Below are positions 27,353-41,910 of a stretch of DNA of 64,000 nucleotides, piece after piece. Numbering within the stretch: position 1 is the stretch's first letter; the number at the start of each line of letters is the position of its first letter. Made by a program: the position numbers and the translations under genes. The notes beneath the pieces are model-generated. The model made no database searches and was not told the DNA's origin. It was given only the letters and a program-made list of their open reading frames with translations. The DNA comes from Lama glama (lineage: Eukaryota), in assembly GCA_028534125.1 (NCBI GenBank), contig CM052818.1:27964001-28028000 (forward strand), in the 5' to 3' direction.

Positions 27353-29899
27353 CTAAACTGTAGACACTGCAATTGAAGGAAAATTTAGGAAAACATAATT
27401 TATTCTTGGAAGATTTGAAATCAGACCTCTTTTTTAAATTCTAAATAATGCTAGAATTTGAAGCACAAATGTAGATTTTTGATATTCTAACAAAGTAGTG
27501 TAAAAATGTTTAGTCATTAAACATTTTTAAGATGAGAGTAGGAGAAAATTTCTATTATAAATGTTTCTAAGAAGTGGACAATAGTACCAATTGCAATTTA
27601 TTTAAGGAAAATGAGAAATGAATTTACTTAGAATTGTTGACAGAGATTGTGCAGAAATGAATCTAGTTTTGAAGTTTCAAATGTGTGTGACTGTTGACAA
27701 TAATTGACTAGGTTGGTCTAAAAACCCATAAACTGGTTATTTATGCTAATAGTCTTTCCATCCCATTCAATCCACTGTTTGTATTCCAGGGTGTTATTTG
27801 TTATCCCTTCTCTGTTGCTTTCGGAATTACTCAAATACCCTGGACTTCTTGGATTGTGTCCTTTAATTCTTAGGACCTGTGACTCAGTGATTATTAAAAC
27901 TCTTTCAAATCTCTAAGTGTTTTGCACAATAATTAATGTTTTTCATGCAACTTCTATTCTTGTACTGGATGGAAGTATTAATGGGAGGTAATGGATGGGT
28001 AAAATACTCAGAGCAAGTGGGACAGGTGGAGAAAGGACCCATAAAGTGATAACTTCGCCAAAGTGTTTGATCATAATTCTTGTTTTCAAAGTTTGTTATT
28101 TTCGTTGACATACTTCCTTCATTTATACCAGGGTTGCTTTTGGTTTGTTCCCAAACCGCCACATATTGTTAGAGATCACTAGTAAAGACAGATATCCCCC
28201 AAATTGCTCAGTAAATTTGTATATGCTTAATAAATCATTACAAGAATGAGTGATTGTTTACAGTTCAAAAAATACTGAATTTGTAGACAATATTTAGAAT
28301 TCAGTTTGTTCAAAAGGAATATGGATATATTACATGTAATGGGCATATCCAAAAATTATTTGTTTTGCCAACAGTATGCCCCAAACTTTTCCCATCCAAA
28401 TCTGCTACCAACTGTAAAAAATTTCTTCTCTTCACCTTACTTAACTACCTGACCATAAAGTCATGTGATGGTGGGGTGGTTGTTGGGTGGATGTTGGTGG
28501 GTGAGGTCCTTTAGCAGCTGTATCTCTATTTCGTAGTACATATAGTGCTCCCATGTTTGTGATTTTTTCCCCTCCTTGTACTATTAGGAAGTTAGCCTAA
28601 GATCTTCTTTCCTTTTCTGATTATTAGGAAAAAATTGTTGTGTTTTATCTCTAGGCCACGAATTTAATGCCTTAAGTTGAGAACATTCATCTTCAGAATT
28701 CATTCCCTTTCTGCTCTAAGCAAGTCAGGTTTACCTGAATTTCATGACAGAGGATAATTATTTTTATTTTCCTCTCACTCTACCTTAATATATAACTGCA
28801 TTTTTCTTGCTTACTCTTAATCAATCATAAGTGTTTAATTTATGAAGCAAATATGTACTCAAAATTTAATTTGGTTAGGAGTAAGGAAGTTAAGACTAAA
28901 TAAATCAGGTAGACCTATATAATAGTAAATACTGTAAAAAATATAGCACAAAAGATAGAATGAGTTATTCTCACACCATTCTCGTGTATAGCCTTGAATT
29001 TTATGGAAATCAATGCTGGCTATTAGGGGAGCAGTAAACGGAGTTTGAGGTGCCCATCAGCAAAATTTAGCATTAATAGTAAAACAAATGCAAATTCTAT
29101 GGCCTGAATGGTATTTTACCAGATTAGATGAGTAAAACATATCTGCAGGCATGACATAGTTTACATGTAAGAATGATACACAGAGGTTTTAAAGCAAAGA
29201 GTAACTTTAAAATAACATTATTGATAGGATATGTTTTCTGAAACTGGCACCTTGGTTTTTCATAACTAAAATATAAGAAAAGTAATTGTATTCTTTTATC
29301 TATACCTTGATATTTTGAGCTATATTTTATCTAACATTACATTTTCATTCATCCACCAAAATCTCTACCCATCTTATTTTACATTTATTCATGAAACTGT
29401 TTTGAAAAGTTCACAGTTGCTATAATATTTGACTCATGACTACAGACACTATAAAATCTACCTAGAGTTCCTAAACTGATACAATTCATTGTAATAAACT
29501 TTACTTGTTCAGTAAATTTCTTCAACTGGAGTACTGAGATCTTAATGTCATGCTATAAAAGAAATCTGGAAGGAAATGAGAGGTGGACTATTAGTCTAAT
29601 TTGTGAAGTATTTCCTTGGTTCACTGGAGATTGGGCTCTAGACTCTCTTTTTATCCTTGGCTCCCCGCTCCCATCTGTTATATGAAAATGTTTTCTCTAC
29701 TATGAAATAAAACTTATTTACTTCTCCAGACTCTAGAACTTCCTGTTTTTCCCCTATGTAAGAGATTCCCAAGGACTTGATTTTAGAAGCTGTGATTTAT
29801 TAATGGGAAAGAGTAAAAATGTTCCTCCACCAGGATCTTCTAAAGCATCCCCAGTAGCCAATATCTATATGGCCATATATTTGAGTAAACCCTTCTCCA

Positions 29900-30600
29900 A
29901 TTAAGAAAATGTAGTATAAAATCATTAAAGACATGCATAAGGAAAGATAATCATTAACTGAATGTCTATGTATTTATAACCTAGCTTAAGACACAAAATA
30001 CTACATAAGAAGCCAAAGATCCGTATGAATTCTTAGTATCATTCTTCTCTCTCCACTCCGAGAGGCAACCATTATTTTGAAACTTGTGTGTGTCATCTAT
30101 ATGTATTATTTATACATTTATTACCAATCCACATAGTCCTAAACTATATACATGTGTATATGTGCATATATATATTACTTTGAACTTTATATAAATGTTA
30201 CATAATATAAATTAGTTTACAAGTTACATTTTTTAATTTAAAGATAATTGATTTCTACTGACATGAGTAAGTCTAGTTAATTTGTTCCTGTTGCTCTGTA
30301 GTATATCCCTAAGAATGTAGGGATTTATTTATCTATTTTTCCATTGATGAACATTTATATTGTTACCATTTTTTTGCCCTAACAATGTTTTTACTTACTT
30401 TCTTATACATGTCTTTAAATATATATGTATATATATCATATATATATGAGTTTCTGTGAGATTAAGGCAACAGTAGGGGATGGTGCATCTTAATTTTTAC
30501 TATATATTTTTAGTTGGTCTCCCAAATTGGTCATGCCAATATTCCTCCACCTCCAGGATGAGGGAGTTTCCCTGATGTATGTATCACTCAGCACATTTTT
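29900..30600 (-). mobile_element. L1ME-type fragment
   Basis: agaggcaaccattatttt, tgaactttatataaatg, atttatctatttttccattgatgaacattt antisense L1ME motifs. Confidence 0.6.
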
Positions 30601-31044
30601 TGGTCAAAGGCAAAAGTTCCATGTGTGCAGTGCCTTTATCATTTAGTCTATGATATTGTTGACATCTTGGTCTCTTGTTCTCAGTTGACCACTCCTCTGG
30701 AAACCAGATCAGTTACACTCTCGCTCTCTCTGCTCATGGGCTTTATAGCCCTTCATCTACATAGAGGCCAACTCATTTGGTGAAGGCTGACTGCTCATTA
30801 CAGCTTATAGCTTATAGAGAGGAAACAGCAGTTTCCAGCAATACATTCAGTCTTTACTTCTGAAGGCAATTGGCAGTGACTGGGCACCTGCTCATAATGT
30901 CTATATGATAAATGACTCAGTGTCTAAGGATAAATGGTGGTATTCTATTTCCTGAATGAGTATCAGCCCTCTGATATTGAATTACAAGAGCCAACAAATA
31001 GTAAACAATACCTCATTTCCCCAGGAAATGGATATTTATGCACT

Positions 31045-31812
31045 GTGCAGGTATGTATACACATACGTACAGTTAGTGCCTCTTAGCTCCAACTCCACCC
31101 TTCATTGCTCTGCTTGTGATACTTAAGCTAGACCTTATATACATTTCTCCTTAATTTACCCCTGTTAAGTTTGCATTGAGGCACAGTACAGTAAAAAGGG
31201 GTTTCTCATCCTTGTCCTGATGTATCTTCTCTTCTTCTTGCTATGGCAGCATTTGGCTGGCATGAGGGACACATAGAGATATACTTAGTGGTACTCACTT
31301 CCAAAGAGCTTCAGAATTTCTCACATGAACATCTTCCTGGGGAGTTCCATGGGCAACCCAGCCAACTTCTGGTGTTCTTGCAGGCAGTTCCTAATGAATA
31401 CCACTAGTGTCCCAGATAATGCATTGGTAATTTCAACAACACCTCCCCAGGTAGCTTCTAGGTGAACATTTTTTCAGCACTCCATTGGGTAGTTTCATGT
31501 GTAGAAATGTTAGCCTGTGGCATTTTAATGGAAGCGGTAGGCTACAGCCATTCCCTCTACAACTGAAGTCTGAAACTCAGCCTTAGGGGTGGGGTCCTTC
31601 TCCCAAATTGCCTCTTCTTTGGTACTCCACCTCAGTCCTATGGGTAGAGTAGTAGTTGCTCCCTGTATCTGCTGCTCGTGTATTCTTTAGATTTTTCTAT
31701 ACCCGCTTCATAGCTAATCTTGTGTTACTAGTTAATAACCCTTTATATTAAGCATTTATTGTTCAAATTACTTTGTGGTTTCTGTCTCCTGATTTGACCC
31801 TGAATGCTAATG
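31045..31812 (+). mobile_element. LTR40-like ERVL LTR
   Basis: 5' ctcttagctccaactccacccttc and 3' ttgttcaaattactttgtggtttctgtctcctgatttgaccctga resemble LTR40 family. Confidence 0.6.
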
Positions 31813-33019
31813 GTATTTAAGCAAATTTACACTCCATAACATCTCACAGAGTTCAGTTATCTCAAATAGAAAATACAATTAATAGTTAAGGCTCTACAAA
31901 TATATAAGATGCTTTAAATTTACTTTTTTTTTTATTATTGACTCTGTAAGTATCCCTAGGGACCAAAGGAAATCAAAATTAATTAGCATTGATTTAAAGA
32001 TTCTTATTTTCTTGTCATGACATTAAGCACTTTATTCTTCTGTAACTGCTGAGGTATAGGGTGTTACTGTAACTTGCTCAAAATTTTGCTTGCAGCAAAG
32101 AGGTAACTAGAAATCAAGCAGTTTTTCTGGACACTAATCTTACCCTCCTGGCCATGCTGTGCTGATGTACTTTCCCCGCACTTCTTACCACTTTTCCAAA
32201 TTGGTGATCCTGGACCCCAAAATGGGACAGTAACCAACTTTCTCAATAATTTATAAATCTTTTTTTCCTTCTGACTCATGCTTCTTTCATGCTCAGTCTT
32301 TGTTTTCCTATTCATACTTTTTTCTTAGAAGAATAATAAACATCAAGTGCATGTTGCTTTCAAACCTATATGATCTGAAGTACTGCCATCTTAAAGCAAT
32401 ACATTGAATGATTCACTTTGTTTCTTTGATTCCATTATTGTGATATTATTATATTGTAGTTTTCCGTATACAATTCTCCCAAATGTTGACCCTGAGTCTG
32501 GTCATTACTATTAGTCTTTTTTCATTAACTCATGAACATAAAATTTGAGATAAGAATTCATTGTATTTAACCCCCCAAAATCAGTGGACTTCCATGTTGG
32601 CTGTGTGCATGCATTTGCAAAAATTTTTTCTGCTTTGTAGTTTAGGTCTTTCTAACTATGCCACTGGACTTGCATGAAGATGTTTTAATAAACTGTGGCA
32701 ACAGATAACAATATAGGAAGCTTGACACACATTCATTTGTGCAGATGTTAACCTGTGGCTGTGTAGGACTAGTGTTCTCATGTGAAAAGACAAGTGTAGA
32801 AATGGAGAGTTGCTGGTGATTTAGAAGGAGCAATGACTGTTATGATTTGCTAGCAAAGTTATTTGAAAAGAAAACATTTATGATCATGAATGAGGATTAG
32901 CGTTTGGTTTAAGATTTGGGTTAGGGTTAGGATTTTGGCCTGATTTATGATAACCCAATAGTTTGTGCTCGGTGATCAAGGAAGACAGTGGTTCTCTTAG
33001 TGAGAGGCATTAGAATTTA

Positions 33020-33265
33020 AGGGTTCAAAGCATTTATTCCAGAGCTCAAGTGGCTTGGGTTCAAATTTGGACTTTACTACTTTCTAGCTGAGTGGAGATA
33101 ACTTAAGCTTTCCATACTGCAAGTTCCTCAATAAATTGGGCGAATAATACTTTATACAGCACAGGGTTAGGTGTTTGACAGTTACTCAGAATTGCTAAGC
33201 ATGGAAGCTACTTAGAACAATGCGTATAAAGAGCAATATAACTATATTATTATTATCATCATTAT
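33020..33265 (+). mobile_element. MIR SINE
   Basis: cttgggttcaaatttggactttactactttctagctg...acttagaacaatg...tattattatt tail. Confidence 0.7.
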
Positions 33266-34069
33266 GAGTGATATAGAATGTATCAGAAATAGTACTTCTA
33301 GATATTTTTGATGATTTCTTATTTAATATATGTTGGGATACATGAAAATCATTGTATTATTTAACTGATGAAAGAATAAAAATAACGACTTCTGAATGAA
33401 AATAATTTAGCAACGTTCTGTGCAAAGGAAAAATAGATTTTATTTTCTGCACTGGCAGCTATTCAACATCGGGAAACACACTGCAAATGGAACATGAGGA
33501 AGGGAAATAGGGACAAAGCGGCAACCTGGCCCGCGTTCATAAAGCACATGCCAGACAACCCTCTAGATTTAGCTTTAGAATCTGAGTCCACTTTTCTCTT
33601 TTGGGTTCTTTTCCCCTGGCTTCTCACAGCAGAGTCAAAGTGACTACTTCAACCAATTTAAGATCATTCAATCTAAGACTGTCCTAAGCTCCAGCAGTGA
33701 CTGTCCGTAGTACTGTATTCAGTGATTCTGTATACCTTGGAATGGCATAACATTGTGTTTTTTGGCTTGTCGTTGGTTCATAGTTGCAATTGGTATAACT
33801 GTGAACCTGGTGTCAGAATATCTTACTGTTTTCTTAACACTTTATTGTGATAGACTTATTTTATAGTTATATATTTATATACACATATATGTATATGTAT
33901 TTTTACATATGAAAATTTTTTTGCCACCTAACAGCTATAAAAAGGAGCATGTGCAGAGATACTAACTGCCATATCAGAAATCAGTTTTTTCCCCAAAACT
34001 TCTATAAAAGGAGGTTTTGTTTTATTTTGTTGTGTTTTTAAAACCTTCTGCTGAGTGAACTATCATGAT

Positions 34070-34330
34070 ACTCAGTCACTGGGGTAGATCCAGGAAGAGT
34101 CAACTCTGGGAAACCAGTGAGGAGGTTATTTCAGTAACCCAGGAAAGAAAAACTAATGACTTGAGTTAAAGAAACAGTAACAAGAGACAAACAAAGGGGA
34201 AAAAATCAGGAAAAATCTAGGAGTTATATTTGAAAGGCTTTGAGCTTAAAAGGATCAAGAAATTGGTGTGAGAAAGAAACAGGTAACAGCAGTGACTTCC
34301 AGGATTCTGGCTTGAGTAATAGAGAAATAT
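34070..34330 (-). mobile_element. L2 fragment
   Basis: accagtgaggaggttatttcagtaacccagg, gacttccaggattctggcttgagtaa. Confidence 0.55.
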
Positions 34331-34599
34331 GCCCAAGTAGTTTATCACAACATTTAAACAAAAATCCCAGGATAAACAGAAGGAAAATGTTACTAAACCA
34401 CTATTATAAATATACAGTCAAGTTTCATGTAATTTTTAGAACCGCAACACAAATTATATATAATCCAGGACAGTTTACGATGTTAGGAAAACTGGGTCAA
34501 TGAGGTCAAGCCCAAATACTTGAATGCTGTTAACAATCACTCATTATCTTATGAGTTTAAATATAGCTAAGTCTGACAAAATATCCTTTTGGCTTCCAT

Positions 34600-34806
34600 G
34601 GTCTGAAAGGTCTTCCTGGTTCCAGAGATCCTTAAAAGATGGGCTGAACTTTGGCTTTGACTGCACTGTATTTCAGCTTCACCCTCTGCCCAATCCAGTT
34701 TCCTTCACTCTCCCCACAGGTGTTAATTCTGAAGTTACCTCCCAATAAACTTCCTTTGGCAAATCTCCATCTCAAAGTCAGCTTCCTTGGGAAACTAACC
34801 TGTACA
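34600..34806 (+). mobile_element. LTR16-like ERVL LTR 3' part
   Basis: ccctctgcccaatcc...ccccacaggtgtt...cccaataaacttcc...aaatctccatctcaaagtcagcttccttgggaaactaacc. Confidence 0.7.
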
Positions 34807-35655
34807 TCATTTCAGCAAGTCCTCTTTTTTGGTCCTTTCAATTTGAAATACAGGCAATATTTCTGAAACCCATGTCTGATTTTGCTGCCTACGTCCCGAT
34901 ATCTGAAAATACCAGACTTAAGAGATCTACTTGAGTATGTTGATCTTTCCTCAGAAGTTAATAGTAGCTCTGTAAGACTGATATTAAGAATTAACACACT
35001 TAATTTATAGTTAATTTCCATAGTTCATTCTTTTATAGTTGTGATATTTTTACTGTTGAATTTCGTAATTGGTCTTTGGGCAATTTTGATAATACTGTAA
35101 TCTTATTGATGAAGGCAAATATGGTTGAAAACCGGAAGTAATTATATGAAGCGCTTTAGATATGTTTTCTGTTATGGTAGTAATTATATCAAAAGTCATC
35201 TTGTTTAATTCTGGTGCTGTGAATTAACAATGAGTTTTTATAAATTAAAGTGTCTCCTAATATTTAAAAAAATGTCAAAACCAGGACTACTGATGGTAAT
35301 ACAATAATGGAAGAAAGGCTAATTATAGGTGAGAAGCTGTCTCTAAAAATACCAGTTTCATACCTATATAGCACCTTCTTTAGCTTTTATTCCTCTTTCC
35401 CTAAGAGGTAACCACGGACCTCCAGCTGTGTGTTTATATTTGATGTTAGGAAAACTGCTGGGGCCTGGCAAGAGGAAAACTACTTTCCAAACAAGAAACA
35501 CCCACATCTCACAGTACTGTGCCTGGATAAAGGAATGATTTAGGAAATTAACATGTACTTTAGATATATAAAAATATAATGTTATATTTTGCATCTTTGG
35601 GCTTAAGCAAATGCTTGTGAAGAAAGAATACAACGGGAGGTGTTAAAAATGAATG

Positions 35656-35800
35656 AGGAAGGAGGATATAGCTCAGTGGTAAAGCATTTACTTAGTATGT
35701 ATGAGGTCCTGGGTTCAGCCCCCAGTACCTCACCTCCATCCAAAAACTAAACAAATAAACTTAATTACCTCCCACCTGCAAAAAAGAAAAAAGAAAAAAG
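35656..35800 (+). mobile_element. tRNA-derived SINE (camelid vic-1-like)
   Basis: Box A tagctcagtgg (35669-35679), diverged box B ggttcagcc (35712-35720), aaataaacttaattacctccc body, A-rich tail, TSD aaatgaatg (35647-35655 / 35801-35809). Confidence 0.85.
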
Positions 35801-37719
35801 AAATGAATGGATTGGGTAATATGGATTGGAAGAAGGCTTCTTTTTGTAAAACTTTCAGAGGGAAACACAGAGCTAGTCTAGTGGAGATGTGATACCAGCT
35901 TCTGTTAGAATCCCACTGCTCTTTAGCACTGCAGTGAGTCAACAGTAGATTTTGTCTTACGTGTTCTGCAGAATATCTATTATATTGACATGAACAGATG
36001 TGCACTAGGTGATTACAACTCGATAAGCTGACTTAAATCTCTGCACTTAGGCTTCCAAGATCTCTTTAACATGTCCAGAAGGTCAAAAGATGTTAGAAGT
36101 TCGTACATGCATATTGTATGTATGTTGGTGGGGAGGAATGCTGTTTCAGACAGAAAGCATTTTGTAAAAGTGAATAGGAGAGATTAAGCACACAATTTAG
36201 AATCTTCACTAAAAAAATCGCTTTCAGTGAGTGTCTGGAAAATTTTACTTTCGCCCGAAATGTTTTAATAGTGGTTCTGTGTACATAGCAGGCTACGTCC
36301 TTTCTACCAATTGCCTCAAAATTGGGACAGAGAAGCCAAAACAAAATCCAGCAAAGTACAAAACTTCAAAATAAACATTTTGTGAAAAGCAAATGAAAGC
36401 ATTAAACACAATGAAACCAAACAAAATATGAGAGAACTAACAAGATTATCAGCCAAACCAGTACATGTTTCAAATGCTTATGACGTGAACTAGCATTTGA
36501 CATTGAATGGAAGCAAAATGTTTATAACTCATTGAAAAAAAAAAAGTTTTCTCTCCAGGACAGTTGCATTGAGGAACAGCTCTGCCTATCCAAGATTAAT
36601 TTTTACACTGAGCCATAAAGCTGAGAAAAACTCCTTGTGTATATAAATTCATTTTCAGCTCTAAAACAGAAATCTGAAACATTTCACAAATTCATGATCA
36701 AAGCTAAGTACTTTTTTTCTGGCACAGCTTTTAGGTAGTTTAAAATTCTCACATTATTGTTATTCAGTATCTACAATTCTTTTAATGGCTCTTAATTTTC
36801 ATTTTCCTTTCAGAGTTTTAATTATTATTAAGTTCTTAGACTAAATTCCTGTAAAACACATTATCATTGTGAGTAAGAGATAAAGACACTGAGTCCCACA
36901 CATATTAAATGGTTTTCCTAAAGGATGACAGCAAGTCTGCAGACTAAAAATGAATGTTTACAGCCTGTATCATCATCACCTGCTGAGTTTATCCTTTTTC
37001 TATTTGCATGAAGAATGCTTGATGGTATTACCATATAATTTATTGATTTTGAGAAAGTTTCTTTCTCACTTAGCCTTTCAAATACTTTGTCTCTTTTGCT
37101 ATCAGTACATGGTATTCATCAACTTATATTCCTAAGGAAACCTACAACAGGGAACAGAGATTATAGAAAAAGAAAGCCAAACATAGGCAATTCGTCTATC
37201 CTGGGCACTGAGAGAATAGTTTTCTCTCTAGCCACCAGTTCATGTAAAGGCTCCGGAGGGACAAAGTGATTTATAGCGCACAATGGGATTATGACCTTCA
37301 TCCCCCAAATCTGTGATTGAATTATTTTTTCTTGGTTAATATTAAAAAGAGCAGCTGATATCTGTTATCAGTCAGTGTATTAGATGCTTCATATATATTC
37401 ATTTATTCTCTCACTTATCTAGTCAACATTTGTTGAGTATCGTCAGAAATGGTTCTTATCTTTGAAGGCTCACACTCAATTAGAAAGAAAGACCATTCAG
37501 GAAAATGATAAAACAAGGACAATATTATTGCATAATACCCTTTAGGAGATCAGAAAAGGGGCCTGTAACCTGGACTCTGGCTTTAAGAGAAGAAATAAAG
37601 CCAGGTGAAGAAGCTGAAAAAAGAGTCACTTACCCAGATGTTGTCAAGATTAGATGCTTCCATGAACAAGTTTCAGATGTTTTGATAACAAGTGCTTCTG
37701 GTAACAGTTGAATCATTCT

Positions 37720-39260
37720 AGGACATAGAGAAAGAAAGAAAATTAATACAGTGAGCTAGGAAAACCTATTGAACAATAGAGAAAAATGAATTTTTTATCA
37801 GCTTTCTAGAAAGTAATCTCATTTATAAAATAAATGCAAAAATACAAAGTAACATACCACTCAATTCTAAAATATATTAAAATATCAATATATAATTACC
37901 ATAGAGCTTTCATCCTAGAAATGCATGACAGTTCTACATAAAAATACATCATTAAAACCCATCATATAGTAGATCAAATGAAAACTGAATATAATTATTT
38001 AAATTATTATTAATAATAATAACAACAGTAGTTGTTGTTTTTTCAACCCAAGAGATAGTACTACAATTCTACTTTCCAGATGAGAACATTGTATTTTATA
38101 AAGTTTAATTGATTTGCTCTGGAATTACAGTTAATTTTTGACCTGTGAACATTAATGTGATTATATTTAAAACAATAAGAGTCCTTATTGTTTAGTTATG
38201 CTTACTGAAATATTGGCAAATTTTCTGGAAATTCCCTCAAAATAAAATGGGTGATTTGGACCTGGATGAGGACATAGATGAAACAAGCATAGCCATTGGT
38301 TGATAAATGTTGAATCCAAGTAATAGGTAAACAGATGTTCATTATATTATTTTCACTACTTTTGATTATGTTTGCAATTTTCCCTATTAAAAAGTTTAAA
38401 TAATAAAATTGCTTTTTAGTAATAAACTTTATAGGAACCTTTTGAGAAGTTTAAAATTTCAGTAATAGACACTAACAAATTGAATATATTGAGAAACCAC
38501 TGCTTAAATAGGAATGTTAATGATTTAAAAAAAGCCAAAATTAATACGAAAAATTTAACAATCACAATCTCAGCACACCTTTTTTTATCTTCATTGAAGG
38601 ATGCTTAAAGTATAACAGAAAACAATAAATGTGTAAGAAAACTCCATCAGTAATAAAAGCAATAAAGAAATACTTGTGCTAATACGTACTATGCTTTGCT
38701 AGAAACCTGAATTAATTAAACTAAAACACTGAAACCTGAGATATAGAGAGGTTATTGGAATAGCAGAACCAGAAAAATGACCAAGAAATCAAGATAATTT
38801 ATTCTATGATGAAAGCAGCATTTCAAATTAGCAATGAAAAAATAGTTTTATTCATTAATGATTTCAGGAAAATTAGTCACTGAAGCAAAACTTAAGTGAG
38901 AATACTACACAATCATTTCTCTAAAATAAACTTCAGATAAGTGAAAGGCAAATATTAATAGAAAATCATAAATATACTAGGCAAAAATTGATAGGTATTC
39001 ATGGAATCTTGTATTGAAGGAGATATTTATGAATCTGGAGACAGAACCAGAAAACATGAAGTTATAGTGAGTAGCCTTGGCCACATAAACATTTAAAACT
39101 TTAGCCAAACAAATTAAAAATCTCAGGACAAAAAAAAAATTGAAAGACAACTTGAAAAACAATTGTCGCACAAGCATACAAACATTAATTTCCTACAGGG
39201 TTTTTAGGTAATGAAAATAAAAAGAAGTAAAAATACTTTTAAAAATACAAGTAAAAGAGT
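37720..39260 (+). mobile_element. L1ME/L1MC fragments with embedded MIR piece
   Basis: A-rich ORF2-like sequence plus 3' UTR motif ttgataaatgttgaa...gttcattatattattttcactacttt (38150-38400). Confidence 0.55.
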
Positions 39261-39832
39261 TTGCCTCCTGCAAAAATATCTAGATACTGAAGGAAACTCC
39301 AGCTACAAAACTAGTTGATTCTGAATAAAATGTACTTTACATGCAGTACAGACTGGGTTTGCTGAAGTAAGGGAAATTTCAAGCACCCCATTTCCTATAC
39401 CAAATCCCCTAAAAGGGTAAAACAAAAAGGAAGGGACTGAAATTGGTGCTGGATGCTTTGAACAGGGGCAAAAAGGTAATTCTATAGAAAAATACTGATA
39501 GCACCAAAAATCCTGAAGCAGTTTCGGGACAAGTCCACTATCATAGTGTAAGATTTTAACACACCTCTCTCCCATTTACTAACAGTCAAGCAGACAAAGT
39601 ATCTGAAAATATGTGATCAGTAAACACGATTGAACAGACATATGTACATCTCAGCATCCAACAGTTGGAAAATGCACATTCTTTCCAGAACAGGGATCAC
39701 TGGAGTGGAAGTTTCAAGAAAAGAGTTCTTACACAGGATTTTCTTAGTACTGCTTTATGTATTTGTAGTTAATAGAAAGGTCAGAGAATATATAGGTAAC
39801 CATGTACTCACTAACCCATGGGGAAGCTCTAC

Positions 39833-40158
39833 AGCTGCACTGTCCAGTACAGTAGCGACTAGTCACATATGGATACTAAAGATTTGAAGTAGGGTTAGTC
39901 CTAATTGAGAGGTGTTTAGGTGTAAAATACACACTAGATTTTAAAAATTAAGTGTGAATAAGTGTAAAATATCTTTAATAATTCTTACCACACTTTCATG
40001 TCAAAATGATAATATTTCTGATATGTCAGATTAAATCAGTATTTTATTAAAATTAACTTTACTTGTGTCTTTTTACACTTTTCTTAATGTGGCTACTTGA
40101 AAATTTTACATTACACATGTGGCTTGCATTATATACCTATTGAAGACTATTGTGCTAG
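39833..40158 (-). mobile_element. MER33 (hAT-Charlie MITE)
   Basis: ctgcactgtccagtacagtagcgactagtcacatatgg...ttaatgtggctacttgaaaattttacattacacatgtggct, reverse orientation of the copy at 27029. Confidence 0.85.
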
Positions 40159-40249
40159 TGTAGAGCTTCACTGAGTTCAGACCACTGAGCCAGCATATTG
40201 CTAAGCTATAAAACAGAGAGAATATGAGCCTCTATATCCAGTATTTTTT

Positions 40250-41375
40250 CCTGGAAGGCCTAAGTAAACAGAGACCCATACTGTTCATACAGATATGAAA
40301 ATTCAAAATCATATAAACAATTGTCCTTTAATTAATCTGAAGTTCAATGCAATTCAGTCATTATTCCAAAGGATTTTTGATGAATCTTGACAAACTAATT
40401 CTAAAATTTATCTGGAGGAACAAAGAATAGCTAAAACATTTCTGAGGGAGAAGAGTAAGGACTTTGCCTCTCCAGATATCAAGGTATATTAAAGGCTGAA
40501 ATGATAAAGTCAATATGGAGAATTGGCACAGGGATTGAAAAATATTGACTGGGAACAAAATAGAGATCTGGGAAACAGACTGTGTTTTATAACTTGATAT
40601 ATCACAAAGGAGGATTGAAGATCATTGTGGAATGGAGGGATTATTCGATAGGGTGATTGAACAATTAATTGCCCACATAAATTGGATCCTTAAATTGGAT
40701 TCTTCCTTCCGCCATACACAAAAATCAATTCCAGATGGGCTGAGGACTTATAAATTCAAGGAGAATCCCTGAGACCTTAGAAGATAATAAAGAATAATAT
40801 TTATTTTTGTTCCAAATTTGAACTAGGGAAAGATAAATTAAGATACATGCTAAGCATTAAGGTAAATTCAACTGCCTGTTAATTAAAAACTTCTTTTCAA
40901 CAAAAGACAGCCTAGAGATGGTGAAAAGATAAGACACAAATGAAGAAATGTTTGTATTACACGTAATTTACAAAGGATTAGTAACATCCTTACAAATCAA
41001 TTACAGAAAGACAAAACTCAATAGAAAATTAAAGGAAAGACTTAACAGGCATCTCACAGAAAATATGACAGAACAAGCACACGAAAAGATGTTTAACCTC
41101 ATTAGTAATAAGGAACATACAAATTACCATTTTAAACCCTTTGATATGATTTTATTCCCTCAGATGATAATTCCTGGAACAATTAAGAAGTCAGACAAAT
41201 TTAGGTATTAGAGAGATTAATCAGTTTCTGGTAGAAGTATGAGGAGAAACAAAATGGCATTATTTTGTGAGGTTTAACATTTGCATAATCTATTATCCAA
41301 AAATTTCACTTCCATACAAATAAATATATTTGGTACTTTCTATTTATCATGTCAAGAGAGAGCTATGAAAATGTT
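40250..41375 (+). mobile_element. L1ME-type ORF2 C-terminal fragment
   Basis: cttgacaaactaattctaaaatttatctgg, atacacaaaaatcaattccagatgg, gaaaagatgtttaacctcattagtaat. Confidence 0.75.
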
Positions 41376-41379
41376 TGTG

Positions 41380-41712
41380 TTGAGGTGGGGATGGCAGGAA
41401 GGGATGAATTGGCAGAGCACAGAAAATACCTTTGTATGATACTATAATGATGAGTATATGCCCTTAACACATTGTCCAAATCTATAAATTGTACAACACC
41501 AAGAGTGAATCCTAGTGTAAACTGTGGACCTTGGGTGATGACGATGCATCAATGTAGGTTCGTCAGTTTTAACAAATGTACCACTCTGGTGGGAGATGCT
41601 TCTAATGGGGAGGTTATACGTGTGTTGGGGCAGGGAGTATATGGGAAATTTGTACACTTTCTTCTCAACTTCGCTGCAAACCTAAAACTGCTTTAAAAAA
41701 TAAAATCTTTTT
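41380..41712 (+). mobile_element. L1MC1/2-type 3' end
   Basis: tgtacaacaccaagagtgaatcctagtgtaaactgtggaccttgggtgatgacgatg...aacaaatgtaccactctggtgggagatg...aacctaaaactgctttaaaaaataaa. Confidence 0.85.
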
Positions 41713-41756
41713 CTAAAAAAAGGTCAGTGGTAAAACTATTGTAATAGATAATTAAA

Positions 41757-41910
41757 GAAGGAAAGAGGGAAAGAAGAATGGGGAAGGAAGGAAGGAGTGA
41801 AAATAAGAGAAAGGAAGGGAAGAATGGAGGGTTGAGGGGAGGGAGAGAGAGGTAGGGAAGGTGATGGAAAGAAAGGAGGGAGGGAGGGAAAGAGGAAGAA
41901 GGACAGAAAG
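41757..41910. repeat. GA-rich low-complexity tract
   Basis: Nearly pure purine ggaa/gagg repeats. Confidence 0.9.

Noticed and set aside
28470..28506. G-quadruplex
   Set aside because: Only three G-runs of three or more; simple GT-rich low complexity
35661..35732. tRNA gene
   Set aside because: Diverged B box, SINE body, A tail and TSD show it is a SINE head
36470..36500. Hairpin tcaaatgct...agcatttga around TGACGT
   Set aside because: A 9-bp stem is expected by chance in 64 kb of AT-rich DNA
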